A DNA stretch of 64,000 bases. It comes from Octopus sinensis. Its lineage: Eukaryota. The notes under the pieces were generated by a model that did not search any database, was not told where the DNA came from, and saw nothing but the letters and a program-made list of their open reading frames with translations. Shown piece by piece: positions 49,349 to 64,000 of the stretch. Position 1 is the first letter of the stretch. Each line of letters starts with the position of its first letter. The stretch spans positions 2,542,001 through 2,606,000 of the forward strand of contig NC_042998.1 in assembly GCF_006345805.1 (NCBI RefSeq), in the 5' to 3' direction. Both the position numbers and the translations under genes were made by a program.

Positions 49349-49735
49349 ACTCTTTTACTTGTTTCAGTCATTTGACTGTGGCCATGCTGGAGCACCACCT
49401 TTAGTCGAACAAATCAACCCCAGGACTTATTCTTTGTAAGCCTAGTACTTATTCTATCGGTCTCTTTTGCCGAACCGCTAAGTTACGGGGGATATAAACA
49501 CACCAGCTTCGGTTGTCAAGCGATGTTGGGGGGACAAACACAGACACACAAACATATACATATATATATATATATATATACGATGGGCTTCTTTCGGTTT
49601 CCATCTACCAAATCCACTCACAAGGCTTTGGTTTTCCTGAGGCTATAGTAGAAGACACTTGCCCAAGGTGTCACGCAGTGGGACTGAACCCGGAACTATG
49701 TGGTTCATAAGCAAGCTACTTACCACACAGCCACT
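49349..49735 (-). mobile_element. SINE family B
   Basis: Matches 19568-19978. Confidence 0.9.
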
Positions 49736-50072
49736 ATGACAAAAAGTAAACAATCTTAACTATGGAATGAAATTCGAGACATAATAAACTACCGATATTA
49801 TTGCATGTATGCATGCATGCACACACACACACACAAATCATTATCCTCATTTAACGTCCATCCTCTTTCCCTGGTGGCAAGGGTTGGAAAGCTTAACAAA
49901 AACAGGCAAGTCAGAAGACTGTAGCAAGCTTTACAGTTTGCTTTGGTATAGTTCCTACAGCTGCAAACCCTTCCCAACGCCAACTACTTTACAGAATATG
50001 CTGCGTGCTTTTTTACACAGCAACAACAACAGAGGTCACCAAGAGTAGTGTGTGTGTGTGTGTGTGTGTGTA

Positions 50073-50250
50073 GTTGAAATTTATAGAGAAACAAAAGACG
50101 AAGACAGATGTATGAACAACAAACAAGTGCATTCGTTAGATGCACAGGAAAAATGAAAAAGTCTTTTATGTTTCGAGCCTTTGCTCTTCAACAGAAAGGA
50201 ATAAGAAGAAATAAACAGAGAGAGAATGAAAATAACACGTAGAGTTCAGC
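50073..50250 (-). mobile_element. Penelope-like terminal fragment with atypical hammerhead-like motif (50161-50199)
   Basis: Homologous to 24495-24690; minus strand CUUU CUGUUGAA GAGC AAAG GCUC GAAA CA UA AAAG. Confidence 0.5.
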
Positions 50251-50329
50251 ATGTCTTTGCAATAGATTATGTCTACAATTTCATTCGATAATTACAACTT
50301 TACATATATAGAGCAAAGAAGAAGAAGAA

Positions 50330-50366
<37 letters not shown>

Positions 50367-50552
50367 TAATAATAATAATATAATAATAATGAAAATGCCC
50401 CCAACTTTCAATTTTGTTCCACAGTTAAGCAGTCTTAGAAAAAATATAAATTATAGCATTATAGACTGTTTTCAATTTCTTTTCATACATAGAAGACAAC
50501 AGAATAATTATATACATTCTAAAAGGATTTGGAAAAACAATGTTCTACTCAC

Positions 50553-50798
50553 AAGGAAACTATGGAGAAAATGATAAATTTGTGCTGTATTCTGATCTAA
50601 AGCAGTTGGTGGTGGTGTCAAAACAGTTGAGGTATCTGGATTTGAAGGGACAGGCGGTAGATCAATACAGCTAACTAAGGCCATTCCTGCTAAATTAACT
50701 GGTTGATTATTTGTGTCTGTACTATCAAGTGTGTGATGTTTAGGAACCAAACTTTGAAGATAACCTGTGCTCTTTCGGTTGTTCATTTTCATGGAGTC
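50553..50798 (-). CDS. RhoGEF exon
   Basis: TTTTTAAG/GTGAGT boundaries, 246 nt phase 0/0: DSMKMNNRKSTG...AQIYHFLHSFL. Confidence 0.8.
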
Positions 50799-51196
50799 CT
50801 TAAAAAATTAAAAGATAAAAATAAACATAATAAAATATGAGATTTTGAAATTGTACAAATTTCAAAACAAAACCCAACTGAATTCTACCAATTTTTTCCC
50901 CACTGATTTAATGCTTTAGCATTCAGATTACTCTGCCAAAACTAATGTTTATTTATTCACATTGTTTTAATGCAATTATTTTTAGAATGACATCGTAGGA
51001 CAGGTGTGAGAGGTCAGATATGACTGCTTTGCACATAAAAAGTTTGGTAGTGTTGGAGAAAATGACAGAATTTTTATGAGGTTCAAAGAGATATAATATA
51101 AAAAAAATCTGGCTAAAAATTCAAAATGGCAGCCATCAAAATATTCTCAATAATATTAAGGATAAACAATGAAAACTGGTAGAAAGTTTATCTCAC

Positions 51197-51291
51197 CTTA
51201 GAACCAGAGCTATCACTTTCATGTAGATTAAACATACTGGCACTGCGACCCTCCTGGTTCACATAAGAATGTGGACGTTTCTGACCAGGAT
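51197..51291 (-). CDS. RhoGEF exon
   Basis: TTATTTAG/GTGAGA boundaries, 95 nt phase 1/0: (D)PGQKRPHSYVNQEGRSASMFNLHESDSSGSK. Confidence 0.8.
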
Positions 51292-53284
51292 CTAAATAAG
51301 AGTCATTTTAAAGAATTAAGACAAAGCAAAAAACAGTTTTAATAAACTTTGCATGAATATTTCTTCCTTTCCAGTTTATTTAGAAAACTCAAGTTCCCCC
51401 CACCCCACCCAACTCTGAGCGAGACTGCTTCGTTTTGTTTTTTCTATTTATTTATTTTTTTTTGCAGGGTGGGTTTCCTTTGTGGTAAACATCTCGTTTG
51501 AAACATCAACATACTGGTACCAAATTTTAAATAACTGCTTTAGAATTGTGAAAAATACATTTTTATAAAAATCAATGAATTCTTTGTGTACGCCCGTCAG
51601 CCCTATTATAAAAATATGCCTATTTTCTTATAAATTTTTCAATATTTTTGCAGAAGTTTCCAAGAACCAATAACAAATTCTATGTTTATAAACTTAAAAT
51701 ACTTACCAAAACTTTTTCAGAAATTATGCAAGAGAATAGCGTTATTAGGGTAGTTGTCTTTGTAGACACCAAAAATAAGAATTGAAACACAGTTCTAAAT
51801 TTAAATTCTAGTTTCAGTATCATATTTGAAGATTTTATAATGACTTAAATATACATCTGATGTTTTTAAATTTTATAACAAATTAAGTACCTAAAAATAT
51901 ATTTTATTTTTAAGGGTTTTCTCTATAAATTTTCTATAGGATTTAGAACTAGCACTGTAAGTTATGACATTTCACTAAAAAATATGTTTATGTAAACAAT
52001 GTGATCAAGAATAGAAAAATAGGTAATGTGTATATGCATATTTCAAGTATAATTGTCCTCTCATCAGTACCTCACCCAACCTACCAACTATTCAAGAACA
52101 TATTGTTAAATATCCATTACGTTTAGTGATGTAACATAATTGGATGATCAATTTTCACTAAATATTTACATTATGGTAAGATTTATAATTCAAGAGAAAT
52201 ATCTTGTTAATAGTGCAGCAAATAAATAAGAGAGGACAAGTCCATGCCATAAAGCCTATGCATAAAACTGTCGATAAGCAGCTTTATTAATGAACAGCTG
52301 CAGTTCAGAAGAGCAAAGAAAGGAAAGTGAGAAGTGTCACTTTCCAGCAGTCAGACAGGTGCTAATAAAAAAAATGCATGCTTAGTGAGAAGAATATTTA
52401 TTTGCTTAGAGAAATATCAGAGGTTCAAGAGAGAGAAATGTGAAGAAATAGGATTTGTGGCTATTTGGTGAAATATAAAAATAAAAACAGAATACATTCG
52501 TGAGAATCAACAAAATAGAAGAGAATGAGAATGGACATTCCTTCCTTGTTTTGGATACTACAAGAATATTCAGTGTAAAATTTTAAGTCACTATTCAGAT
52601 ATATTAACCAATAACTTAGAATTACTGAAAGTTTTGGGCAATTTACATTTAGAAATATTATTTTACTCACTGAATCAATGCTACTAGAATTATCTATGTT
52701 ACAAAAAAAAAAAAAAAAATTGCCGTATAATTGATACACTATTAAAAATGGTTTTAATATTTTCATAAAATTTAATTAAGAGGATTAATGATGTTTATTA
52801 GTATATTATTACATTAGTAAAAAAACAAATTTTTTAAGCAAAAAAATAAATAAAAATAAAATACAGATAAAATTCACCAAGAACCAATTTGTTAGTGAAA
52901 ACCCAAAAAAACAAATAATAGCAACAAAAAGAACAGTTATGCTTCGTTTCCGAGGAAATTGAGCAACTCCGAGGAAACTGAGCAACTCCATTACAGAAAT
53001 GATCACTAGATTTAAAGGGATCAAAATTAAGAGTTAAACCAGGCAAAGCAAACCTCAAGATTTCGGTTTTAATGTTTAATTTATTCCAGATATTCATCAG
53101 AAATATCCAATGTAGCCAAAAGAGAAGATTGTAATAATGAATAAAATTTTAATTACATATTTACAGAATATCAATAATGATAATATATAGTGAGATCACT
53201 TCAGTTATGGAGTTTAATTTCATCGAAATTAGTTTCAAATACCAGCAGTTCAGCTTCAACCATACCCAACAGTTAACATGAACA

Positions 53285-53316
<32 letters not shown>

Positions 53317-53830
53317 AATTTGGTGCTTAGAAAAAGAGAAAGAGAGAGAAAGAAAACCTTTCAAAAGTGTCACACATCAAAATGACTTATAATATTTGCA
53401 AATGTTTATTGATTTCATAAAAAATATCCAATGTAGAGTTTTCAAAAAAATCAAAATTCACAAATAAATTACGTTAAACATTTTGCAAAAGAAAACTAAT
53501 TTCACATCTAACATAAAGTCTCTACTCCACATCCAGAAGCTCAAAGTAGATATCATAATTTGCTCAGTTTCATTTTTCAATACAAATAGAGAAAAAAAAA
53601 AAAGTGTTCAAACTATCGATACTACAACTGTCATCACAAATAACGGTAACCATCTACTCCCAGAGTGTGGTCAGTGTCAAGAGTAAGCAACAAGCAAGGG
53701 ATCAGTGTTTTTTTTTTCAAGGTGCCAACATGCTTCGTTCTTTAAAGAGGAGGGGAAGAGCTTTGTGCAATTTCTTAAGTGACTTTTTTTCAGTTAGGTG
53801 TTAATATATATAACAGCAAGCAAACCTTAC

Positions 53831-53983
53831 CTTTCCTTAAATCACTGTCAAAACCAGCAAATGTTTCTGCCCGTTTGGGCACAGCATGTGTGCTAATACT
53901 ACTGCCTAAGTGCTCGGTGCCGCCCCCTACTGGAGACATTAAGCACGCACAGCTTTCCTGTAAGTCTTTTGTTAGCTTGGTAA
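53831..53983 (-). CDS. RhoGEF exon containing the Lbc-family PRRAETFGGFD-type motif
   Basis: CCTTCAG/GTAAGG boundaries, 153 nt: TKLTKDLQESCA...AVPKRAETFAGFDSDLRK; upstream DH/PH exons not found in the window. Confidence 0.9.
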
Positions 53984-54765
53984 CTGAAGGACAACGGTAA
54001 ATACTAGTCAGAAATGTAGGAAAATAAACTGCCAAAGCAACAAGACAGGGAATGGCTCTGGAATATCTTTTTTTTAAGCTCAATTTCCAAAGGCAAGAGG
54101 TGTTGGTAGGTACTAATTAGGATTTTATATATTCTATATATTTTTTTACCCTCTGAATTAAAGAAAAAAAACGTAAAACAGAAAAATATGCTTATCCTAA
54201 AACAACCCTGTTTTAAGGTAAGCGCTTACAATATGAGGGTTGGTTCGAAGTCATTTATTCCCCTCTATTTCTGAGTAGTTTCCCTGGAACATAAGATTTT
54301 TAAAACGTCTAGGATTGTAATTGTGCAGATATCCTGATATTTTCACTATGAAGGACTCCGTTTATTTAAACTAGTTTTCCTATAGACCCTAGGTCTGTTA
54401 ACTTATATTCACGGGCCCCCAGCTTTGCGGACCAGAAGTTGGGAACCACTGATCTAGATAATCGAGGATTTCAACGCGCAGATGTGCGCGTTGGGGGCAT
54501 TGAGTCTTGTCACCAAGTTCTTTGTTAAGATATTTTGGAAATGTCTTTTAGATTACCTATGGAAGATCGACTGATGATCATGATGATAATGATGATGAAC
54601 TTAGGGATTTGGGCATGAAAGAATATGTTGCTAAAATGTAACAACAATAATTAACTTAACAAAATGAAATGGTCATTGAGAAAACTAGTCTAAACTAACA
54701 ATTGTTTGAATCAAAACTACCAACCAGACATAGCATAAATGCAGCTTGCAATATTTTTAAACAAG

Positions 54766-55150
54766 CTGGCCTCCGTGCCGATGGCACGTTAAAAACACCA
54801 TTCGAGCGTGATTGTTACCTGCGTTGCCTTACCGGCACTTGTGCTGGTGGCATGTGTAAGAAACATTCAAGGGAGGTCATTGCCAGTGGATTGGCTCCTG
54901 TGCAGGTGGCACATAAAAAGCACCATTTGAGCGTGGCTGTTGCCAGTACCACCTAACTGGCCCCCGTGCCGGTGGCACGTAAAAGTACCCACTACACTCT
55001 CGGAGTGGTTGGCGTTAGGAAGGGCATCCAGCTGTAGAAACACTGCCAGATCAAGATTGGAGCCTGGTGCAGCCATTTGCTTCACCAGACCTCAGTCAAA
55101 TCGTCCAACCCATGCTAGCATGGAAAGCGGACGTTAAACGATGGTGATGA
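54766..55150 (+). mobile_element. Family E retroposon with GTGGCACGTAAAA internal repeats
   Basis: Same tail as 34868-35120 in opposite orientation. Confidence 0.75.
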
Positions 55151-56322
55151 TTGATATTATTATTAACATATAAAAATATATAAGGCAATGAGCTGGCAGA
55201 ATCGTTAGCATCTTTCAGTATCTCAGACCAGAGCGATTTTATGGAAAATGTTCTTGTGCCACAAAGTTATTAGAAAATGAGATGCTTTCATGGAACAAAG
55301 ACAGTAGAATACAAAATGCTGATTGATGAGTATCCATGGGGGGTGAACAGGACTTCATTTAAAAAGTGATTCAGCTAGATTGATAATCCACAACCATATC
55401 ATCATGGATACAAATGATTAGGAGGAACTATGTCAATTAATGTGGTTTTAGATATTACAATTACATGTGACACACAAGTTCTAACTTTCAGAAAACGTTA
55501 TTTAGACTGTGGTGACTCCTTCTTAATGTTATTATTATGTAACCTGAATAAACAAACTTAAATATAAGGGAAATTTTTTTAAAATTGTTTAAAGGGTTGA
55601 ACCTAAAAATTGTCATTGACATTCACCTCAATAATACTTAATTTTCTCAGTACAACATTAGACCTGCCAAGAGTGCCCATTAAAATTGAAAGGATGTTAT
55701 GACGTCTGGCACTCTGTGAGCCACGGCAGTGAGTGTTCCAGTTGATCCAATGAATGGAACAGCTCGACATAAATACCGTTCATGTAGTTCTCAGGGAGAT
55801 TCAGTATGATACAGGAAGTGACAAGAGTTGTACCTGTAATTACAGGTACAACTCATTACTACTCACATTACACATCCAAAGATGTTAGCTCCCAACAATG
55901 GAGCAGCTAATATTACTAGGCTTATAGCAACACGTCTGCTTATTATAAATAAGGTCCTCAGATCGATTGTTATAGGATGATACAAAAATGCTGGTCCTAT
56001 TAGGTCGGTCTGAGAGACTCAGGACAGAGAATTGCTAGATAAGTGAAAAGTATTATAGAAGAGCCTGAATGTGACAGAAATTTGATGCAATACCTTATTA
56101 TAGTCCCCCCTTTTGTTTTCAATTCTAATAGAATTTAAATGAAGTTTCAGCAAAACTTATAGAATAGATCTTAGCTTAATATTTTATTTGAAAATTCAAA
56201 CTACTTCCAGATTAAACAAACAGTTACATTGTTTTTACTCGCTACTTGACAATTTCTTTATGCTCAGGAAATTTATATTACCACAAGGTAGATTTCAGAA
56301 ATATCATCTTTGTCAATTGACA

Positions 56323-56715
56323 TCTTTATATATAAAAGTGAAGTTGTGTGTCTGTCTCCTCGATTTAGATTCCTAACTACTCCCACATTTTGGGGTGCAG
56401 TTTAACCAAAACCGGGTATCTTATAGTCGTGATTCATATCGAGCCCTTCTGGGTATTAGCGCGCGTCTACGATGAGTCTATGATTTAAAAAAAATTTACC
56501 ATCAATTTTTCCCATTTTTAATGCATTTTTGGCATATATAAGGGAAGTAACTCTCTAAAAATTTATTATTAAATCTCAGAACGTAAAAAGCTACAGTAAC
56601 ACCCCCCCCTTTGTGGTTAGCCATATTGAGATGGCTGTTATACTTTACATCTCTAAAAATGCTTTATATAGTTATTTCCCTTACAAACCCGAGCAACGCC
56701 GGGCGATACTGCTAG
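56323..56715 (+). mobile_element. Complete non-autonomous Helitron (~393 bp)
   Basis: A|TC ... CCCGAGCAACGCCGGG hairpin, CTAG|T; homologous to 13478-13874. Confidence 0.9.
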
Positions 56716-59339
56716 TTAATACTAAAAACGAAAATTGTTTTCCTGGTTGTTTTACATTTGATGGCGATTTGCTTTTGTAGTTGTTGTTCCACTTTACAAT
56801 GGGGAGTGTTATCATAGGGGAAATAACCCGTGTATAAATTTGATCCACTGAATTGCGTCCCTTACATCAACATCCACATGACTGATAACTCCACACAAGT
56901 CCCGTCATATCCGCACATGGTTCACAGTATTTTACCTACACAAGAACTTATATCATTATGTTAGATCTTTACTATAAACCACTTTCAAGCTGGCACAAAA
57001 GATCCGATTATTTACGTTTAACACGAATTAATTATAGCAAGGTAGAAATAGCCGCGGTTAATTAACGCGCATGCGAGCCCTTATACTTTAAACCTTGCAA
57101 AATCTTTTGTGACCACTAAAACAACCCCTTTTATCTTTGCCTTTTTGATATTCGCGTTTTTACTTTATCTGCAATTTACTTGAGTGATAAGTTCCAACTG
57201 TATTTTATAGTTGACTAGTCTCTCTAATGGGGTCCAGTTAATTTACAAAAAATAACTTGAGTAAAAGATTTTTTTTTTTTCAATTCTACCATGCTAACCA
57301 TGCATTTACAGAGAAATTAGTATAGGTAAAATAAACTCCTAAAGAAAGTTTATCAAGAAAGCAACCATGCTGGGATAATGGTTTCAATATTTTTTAATCA
57401 ATTAAATCTACTACTGGACATCATCTGATTAATTTATGAAACTATTCCAAAGTTTCTTCTTCTATTGAGTTAGTTTTCTCTTTAGAGAGTTATCTACCTG
57501 TAATGTTTGCTTTTTTTTTTTATTGTCACATGCGCGCGCACGTTCTCGCCTAAAATGGGATTTCTTCTACAAAACTTCACTCACCAAGCATTCGCCAACC
57601 TGAGGCCGTGGTGTTTGCTCGTAGTACCATGTCGAGGAATGAAACTCGCAACATCACCATTGTGAAGTGAATTCTCAACCATATGCAAATATGCTTGTGA
57701 CGTTTAAATCTCTTTTTATCTTTTTATGAAGCTGGGTTTGACAGAAAGTCCATGAAGTGACGCGCATGTCAAAATAGTTAATAGTAGTAAACCCACACAT
57801 AATACAAATTACTACTACTATCTGGGATAGCAGGAAGCAGACAGAGACTTTGAGGGCATTAATAAATTAGATGCAGCATCATATCATCTCTAGCAGATTA
57901 GTTAAGATTCAAGACTTCAAAGCTCTAGACATAGATAAAATAGCTGGGAGATAGTCGTGGAGGAAGTCCATGACCGGCTCAGATGGCTCATTTTTAGGGA
58001 TTTCCATTCTCTATTATTTAAGAATTTCAATTGTAGTCATGCTATCCATAAAAGTATAGTAGCAAGATTAAAAGAAAGTATGGGAGATTTTATGGGAGAC
58101 TGGCAGAAAAAAAAAAAAAAGTTTCCCTTTCATAGAAAAGATGCTAACTGTACAAAGAGTGTAGATGAAATTTTGCTATTGTGAAATATGGACACTGAGT
58201 ATAAAATAACTGTTCTGAAAAGTACCTAGTATGATAAATAGTATCCATAACAACTGGACATTAAGGGTGATTTAAGAAAACCTGATCAGCTGAAATGGAC
58301 ATATAGTGTGAATGAATAATGAGAGCTGGGTACAAAGAACCGTCCTAGGTGGAGTCAATGAAAGAGGAAGTACAATAAAAATGTAAGATTAAGTGAAGTG
58401 ATCAAACCCCTGAGATGACATACAACTGAGTGGTTGGTAACTGCCATACCGCAGATCTTTCCAACCCATCCTAGCATGAAAAGGGAAATATTAAGATGAT
58501 GATGATGATATATATATATATATATGGACATAGTGAAGGTAAAGCTTCAAGAAGAGCAGCCATTCTGAATAAAAAGCGTGCAAAGGTAAGACATGGACTT
58601 TGCAAGCCACAGTAACACACCTAAGAGAGCAGCACCTTTAATTAAAAAGAAAGAAAGAAAGAAATTGACATAGTATAACCAGGACACTTTAGTTAATAAT
58701 ACCCAGCGTTCCTTGTGCTGGTGTCACAATAAAATGCACACAGGAAGGGAATCCAGTCAAATGAAAAAGGGGCCAAAATTACAAATACAGTGAAAAACCC
58801 TAATTGTATAAACAGTTCTAACACTTATGTTAATGCTGCTCCCTTTCTTCATCATCGAAAGCACTCACACTGCTATTGTTGTTCCTTTCAGATACAGAAA
58901 TATCCCCTTTCTTATCAGGCACAAAACTCCAGGAGAGCCACAATTAGTGTTGGCAAGATGAAAGGTAGGTCTGCAGAGAGTGTAGAGATGTTAGAGCAGA
59001 GTTACAGTAGATTGTTATTAACGAGGCGGGGGGGGGGGGGCACAGTTATAGATTCTTGTAGTGGGGAATAACAGTCCTGGGGCATGTAGAGTGAGGATAT
59101 TTTTGAGAAGATTAATCAAGCCTAGTCACAGGCAACACATCATTAGGGATCTCTGCATATGCTGTGTGCTTCTATTCAAGACTGACAGGTATGCAAAAGA
59201 ATTGCTTTTATAAGGTAGACTATTTTGGTAATTAATAAATAACACAACCTCATTATCAGGGTTGCTGACTTTAAATGGACACTGGGCAACAACATTATGA
59301 ATATTTGAGCATACATAGGCAGCGTGGATAAGGTATGAC

Positions 59340-59900
59340 AAATGAGGAGAGTTCAAGGCTCTTGGAGTTCTGTGATACCAATGACCTAACCATTTGCAAC
59401 ATTAACGTCAGCAAAGCAACCAGTCACTAGGTGGCATACTGATGGTGAATATGCAAACCACAGAAACTTCACACTCACTGGGAAACTGAGTAGGGAGCTG
59501 GTTGTGAATATTAAATCTTTCCATGATGAAGGACGTACAACTCAACATAGGACTAACGATCAGTAACCTCTGGGCGAAAGCTAGATGGACTCAGAGATAC
59601 AAGACAATCTACAGAATGATGTAGAAGCTGAAAGATTCCTCAGCCAGACATGGGTTCAAAGAAATACTAATTTATGCGGAATATGAGAATACAATGAAGA
59701 CAGAATTATGGGGAAGTTTCTACAGGACAATCTGCTGCAAAGCACAGAGTAGATGCCTAGATGGAGTCAGTTTCCATCTAAGCAGAAGAATAGAATAGAG
59801 AGAAAGAAACGGCTGAAGGACTGAAATGATTGGGAAAAAGGGACGAGCAACGAACAATACTATGGAGCCAGAACAAAAGCTAGACATCAGCTATACACAC
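59340..59900 (+). mobile_element. Degraded RTE-like LINE endonuclease region
   Basis: Fragments EFCDTNDLTICN and ELVVNIKSFHDEG.TTQHR resemble APE domain ends; many stops. Confidence 0.55.
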
Positions 59901-61199
59901 ACACACATGGTGCCCCCATAAACTATCTTTACATCTTCCACAATTTATTGCATCTACTTAATGCAACCAACTGAGCCCAAGTGGAAGGGTCAAATTTCAG
60001 AAAGATAATGATCAAGGGTTCATCTGATTCATGCAAGGCATGAAGAATAAAATTACATATAATTATGATGACGATAACGGTGATGATGATGATGATGATG
60101 ATGGTGGCATACTATGTAGTACACTTCTGATTTGTCTTTTATCCACTTTTTCTCTCCGCTCATTTATACCTGGTCTTCTCACACACACTAACATAACACA
60201 TTCAGTGTGGCATACTGCCTCATTTCTTTCCAGTTTCCACATATTCACTGTATATCTAATGCCCTTATTTCACTAATATGCAACATCACACAATCTGACC
60301 CTCACTCAGAAAAGAACCCTTTGTTGTCAGCACACAGGCATACTGACTGAATGTTCTAATATATTTGTTTTTGATACTCAGAACAGTGAATACACTGCCA
60401 CATTAATTTTTAAGCCAAACACCTAACATTTACAACTAACTTCATACCAGCAAACCTCTCCAGTCAGATGATTAGCATATGCAGCCACATCAAACTATAT
60501 TTGAGCTATATAATATTAGAAAAAAAAATTCTTGTCAATCCTAGTTTACATCTTGCACTTGGAAATTGAGCCAGGTGTAATGGGGAATGTATAAAGCATT
60601 GCAAACTGCACTACAAGGTAATTGTCATTGCATTAGGAAGATTCATTGCTGTTATTGAATAGAATTTGAAATCAAGTTCTTCACAAAAAGAGCCAATTTT
60701 TTTTTTCTACATATACTATCAATATTTAAGTAAAGGAAAAAAAGAAACAAAAATGAATTGACATACATAAATTAAATAAAATATATTTTAATATTATGTC
60801 AGAAATGTTGCAAGGACCATGCACAAGAGTCAAAGATGATTATTTTATGCTTAAAAAAAAAAATCATGATTATGTCCAGAGCCAAGTAAATTAAGTTAAC
60901 AGTGGATCTTGAAGTACATAAATCTATAAATAATAATAGCATGTAAATTATTAGGTTGAAAATCCCTTTTGGAAAGAAAATGTTGAAGGCTGCCTTTGAG
61001 ACCCATATCTCCTGTTGACATGCCAGGCACTTTACCATTGGACCAAAGCAATTCTTTGAATTTCACTCTTCATTTTAGAAACTTTATTCCTACCAGTGAG
61101 AATTGTTGACAGCATAAAAATTTATAATCATTCAAGAGAACCTGGAATAATTCTTTTTTGGAATAGTGGTTCTCAAAGTACATATAAAAAAAAAAAAGT

Positions 61200-61519
61200 A
61201 ATGACTCCTTCGGTCACAAATGAAGAAAGTTACCCTCCAAGGCACAAGTGTGGACAAAGTTGTTTATGGAAACCCAGGAATCATTCAAGCATACAAACTT
61301 CCTCTCTCCACACCACTGATGTTATCCAAGGGAAAGGCAAAGGGGCCAATACAGCTTGGTACCAGTGACATCGCAACTCATTTCTACAGCTGAGTGAACT
61401 GGAGCAACATAAAATAAAGTGTCTTGCTCAAGAACCCAACACACAGCCCAGTCTGGCAATCAAATTCCCAACATCATGATTGTAAGCCTGATGCTTTAAC
61501 CACTGAGCCATGCGCCTCC
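61200..61519 (-). mobile_element. SINE family C copy
   Basis: Matches 15885-16205. Confidence 0.8.
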
Positions 61520-64000
61520 ACATCTCAAAGTACATAACACTATATATATAATATTTATAATAACATATAAATATTTACATGCTGTTGTTATTTTTGGTTT
61601 TAAATGCTCTGAGATCCCTTGTTTCATAAAAGAATTTATTTCAGGTTCTCTTGAAAGATTATAAAATCTTATGAAGTCAACAAATTAACCTTTATTATCT
61701 CTAAGTTGAGATAGTTTAATAAATAAGCAAAAGATTTTCGATATTGTTAATATTTCAAAATTCAATCAATACCTAAAGGTAGATATGTTAATTTTATATA
61801 TTATCTAAGTTTGTTTGTATTTTTTTGTACTTAGACACATCTTGTCTACTTAATTTAGAAAGCTGGAATTTGGTATTTGGTGTGAAATAGATATTTTCTT
61901 TCAAATCTGAAGTTGCTTAGTTAGCCCATTTTTTGATCTTCAAAATAAATATTGCATGTACAAAAATGTATTCCTGTTAAATAAAATTAAAATTATCATA
62001 GTTTAACCAATATATGTTTAAAGGAAGCTCAGTAAAGAGAGCATGGTGAAGATGTTCAATAAGTTATTTATGATTGATTTCCCCCCCCCCCCCTATATAC
62101 ATACAAGATTTGATTCTCGAGTCAAGAAAATGTGATCATGGGAAATGCATGCCTCTCTCAGAAGCATGAAACATGTAAATGAAATGAGATGATTACAACT
62201 GATACAATTAGACTGCAGAGCAATCTTGTTCAAAGCTTACCTGTATTCTACTATATTTTACTACATAAATGTTCAATTCATTATAAAAATTCATTAACAT
62301 AATCTAAATTATCATTAAGATATCATAAGAGTGTCATTGATACTATAACCTCCTTTCACACACCAAAAGCTAAAAACTACATATTCTCTTTATAACATTT
62401 TCCCCATATATCTATTTAATGGATTATAAATTATGCAGTTCAGTTGAAATATGAACAGATTTAATTAGTCAAGTCTTTTATTTTTGAAATAAATAAAGCT
62501 GTTAGGGATAACGAGCTATAACAATTAACTGATATGCTAACACTAAAGAGACTTCATGATGTTTGCTTTCAAACCATGTTTCCACATCTTGAATATGTTG
62601 CTGTTATGGTAGTTCAACTCTTTGTCTCTCTAATCATCTTCTTGAGAGACCAAGTTGAAAAGTGTCTGAAGACAAATGGAGAAAATTACCACCACAACAG
62701 AATGTTGTCTCAGCAACACACCCAAGATGAAGAGGAAAGGCCCAAAACATGAACATCAACATAATCTAAGAAAAATAGAGATATGCCAGCAAGGAGAGTA
62801 CATAAAATACTGGGAAAACATACATAACATAATTCTTTCATTAGATAACATAACTAAAACGTGAAAAGCAAATAGTAGCAGACAGGAAGAACTCAGAGAT
62901 AATACAAGAAAGAAAAAATTTTAAACTTAAAACTATTCTGTAAAAATATAACCATGCTAAAATTATAGAAAGGTTTTAAAATACCAAGCTAGGGAATAAA
63001 TTGATCAAGAGTATTTACATACAACATGGATTTAGAGCAGGATTTTCAATCTGATGATACGTATTCAGGATAGGCTACAAGCTCAGGGTAGGTTACATTC
63101 AAATGACACTTGATACTGTACTTCAATGGCTAAGTTTCACTCAGATACAAAGAGTGTACAAGCAGTGCCAACATTTGCCAAAGCTGGCTATCTAGTAAAA
63201 GATGAATTTTAGTGAAGTTATTAAGCTTTTTGTTGTTGTTGTTTTTCCTGATCGACGATGTACTTTTATATGGGCACAACCTTTAATTATTGGTGTATGT
63301 ATTCCACACTATTAATTCTAAACACAAATTCGAGATTGGAGATGATATACAGAACCCAGTTTTGCAAAATGAAAATAACATACCATATTTTTCAGACCTA
63401 ATTTACAATCAAAATAGGTGGATTGATTTACATACCAAATTGAATTTAGAGGACCAAAAATTCCACGTGAAATGCAGCTGGATTTAAAAAGGTAGTGGCA
63501 ATATCTGAATGGTTACACTATATATTTACAACTTGCATACTGGAAAATAACATACTTATATGTATTTCTTCCCTTTATACATAGAACATTCTTAAAGAAC
63601 TTTCACTAGTTTGGAAGAGTGCGTCTACCTCTAAATGTACCTGAGCACTGTACACAATAAGTCCATTATTATCAATCTACGTAATAGCCACAATGTAATT
63701 ATCTGAAGAGTTATTTCCCTTCATTTAAAAAACAAACATTTTGTGGGTGCACCTTATAGAAAGGCACTGATAACTCTTTAGTCTTTGTATCCTTTTAAAC
63801 TACCAATAACAAACGAAGAACATTGGTAATTTCCACTGATTACCATTAAAAGAGGAACTTACTGAGACTGAATAAAGATAATATTGAAACAATTGTAAAT
63901 TAAAAATAAAAGTTCCTATTCTTTTGATAATAAAAAAATGTCCAACTCTGATCTTAAATAGAAGAACTGATTGTTAGCACATATTCAAAACTTTTATTCA

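Noticed and set aside
54000-64000. Further upstream RhoGEF exons (DH/PH domains)
   Set aside because: No ORF with matching phase and splice sites found; only LINE debris such as QHGFRAGFS near 63022, so they probably lie beyond the window

Overview
AT-rich, microsatellite- and SINE-dense animal DNA; the tRNA-derived SINE families suggest an octopus (coleoid cephalopod) genome (inference). The right half carries the 3' part of a minus-strand multi-exon gene for an Lbc-family RhoGEF (ARHGEF18/28/AKAP13-like; seven coding exons with consistent splice phases, the PKRAETFAGFDS motif, C-terminal DIIYF, and a probable spliced ~3.4 kb 3' UTR). The rest is mostly transposon debris: several SINE families, Helitrons, mariner, CR1, RTE and piggyBac-like MITEs. 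The standout is a ~7 kb array (3393-10360) of ~550-bp units, each carrying a type I hammerhead ribozyme motif (11 forward copies plus one inverted leading copy). It resembles a non-LTR retrozyme or Penelope pLTR-derived array that could yield self-cleaved monomer or circular RNAs. Smaller Penelope-like hammerhead variants occur elsewhere, including one fold-back insertion broken exactly at the predicted cleavage site and copies in sense orientation in the RhoGEF introns. Ribozyme activity and expression are predictions from sequence only.
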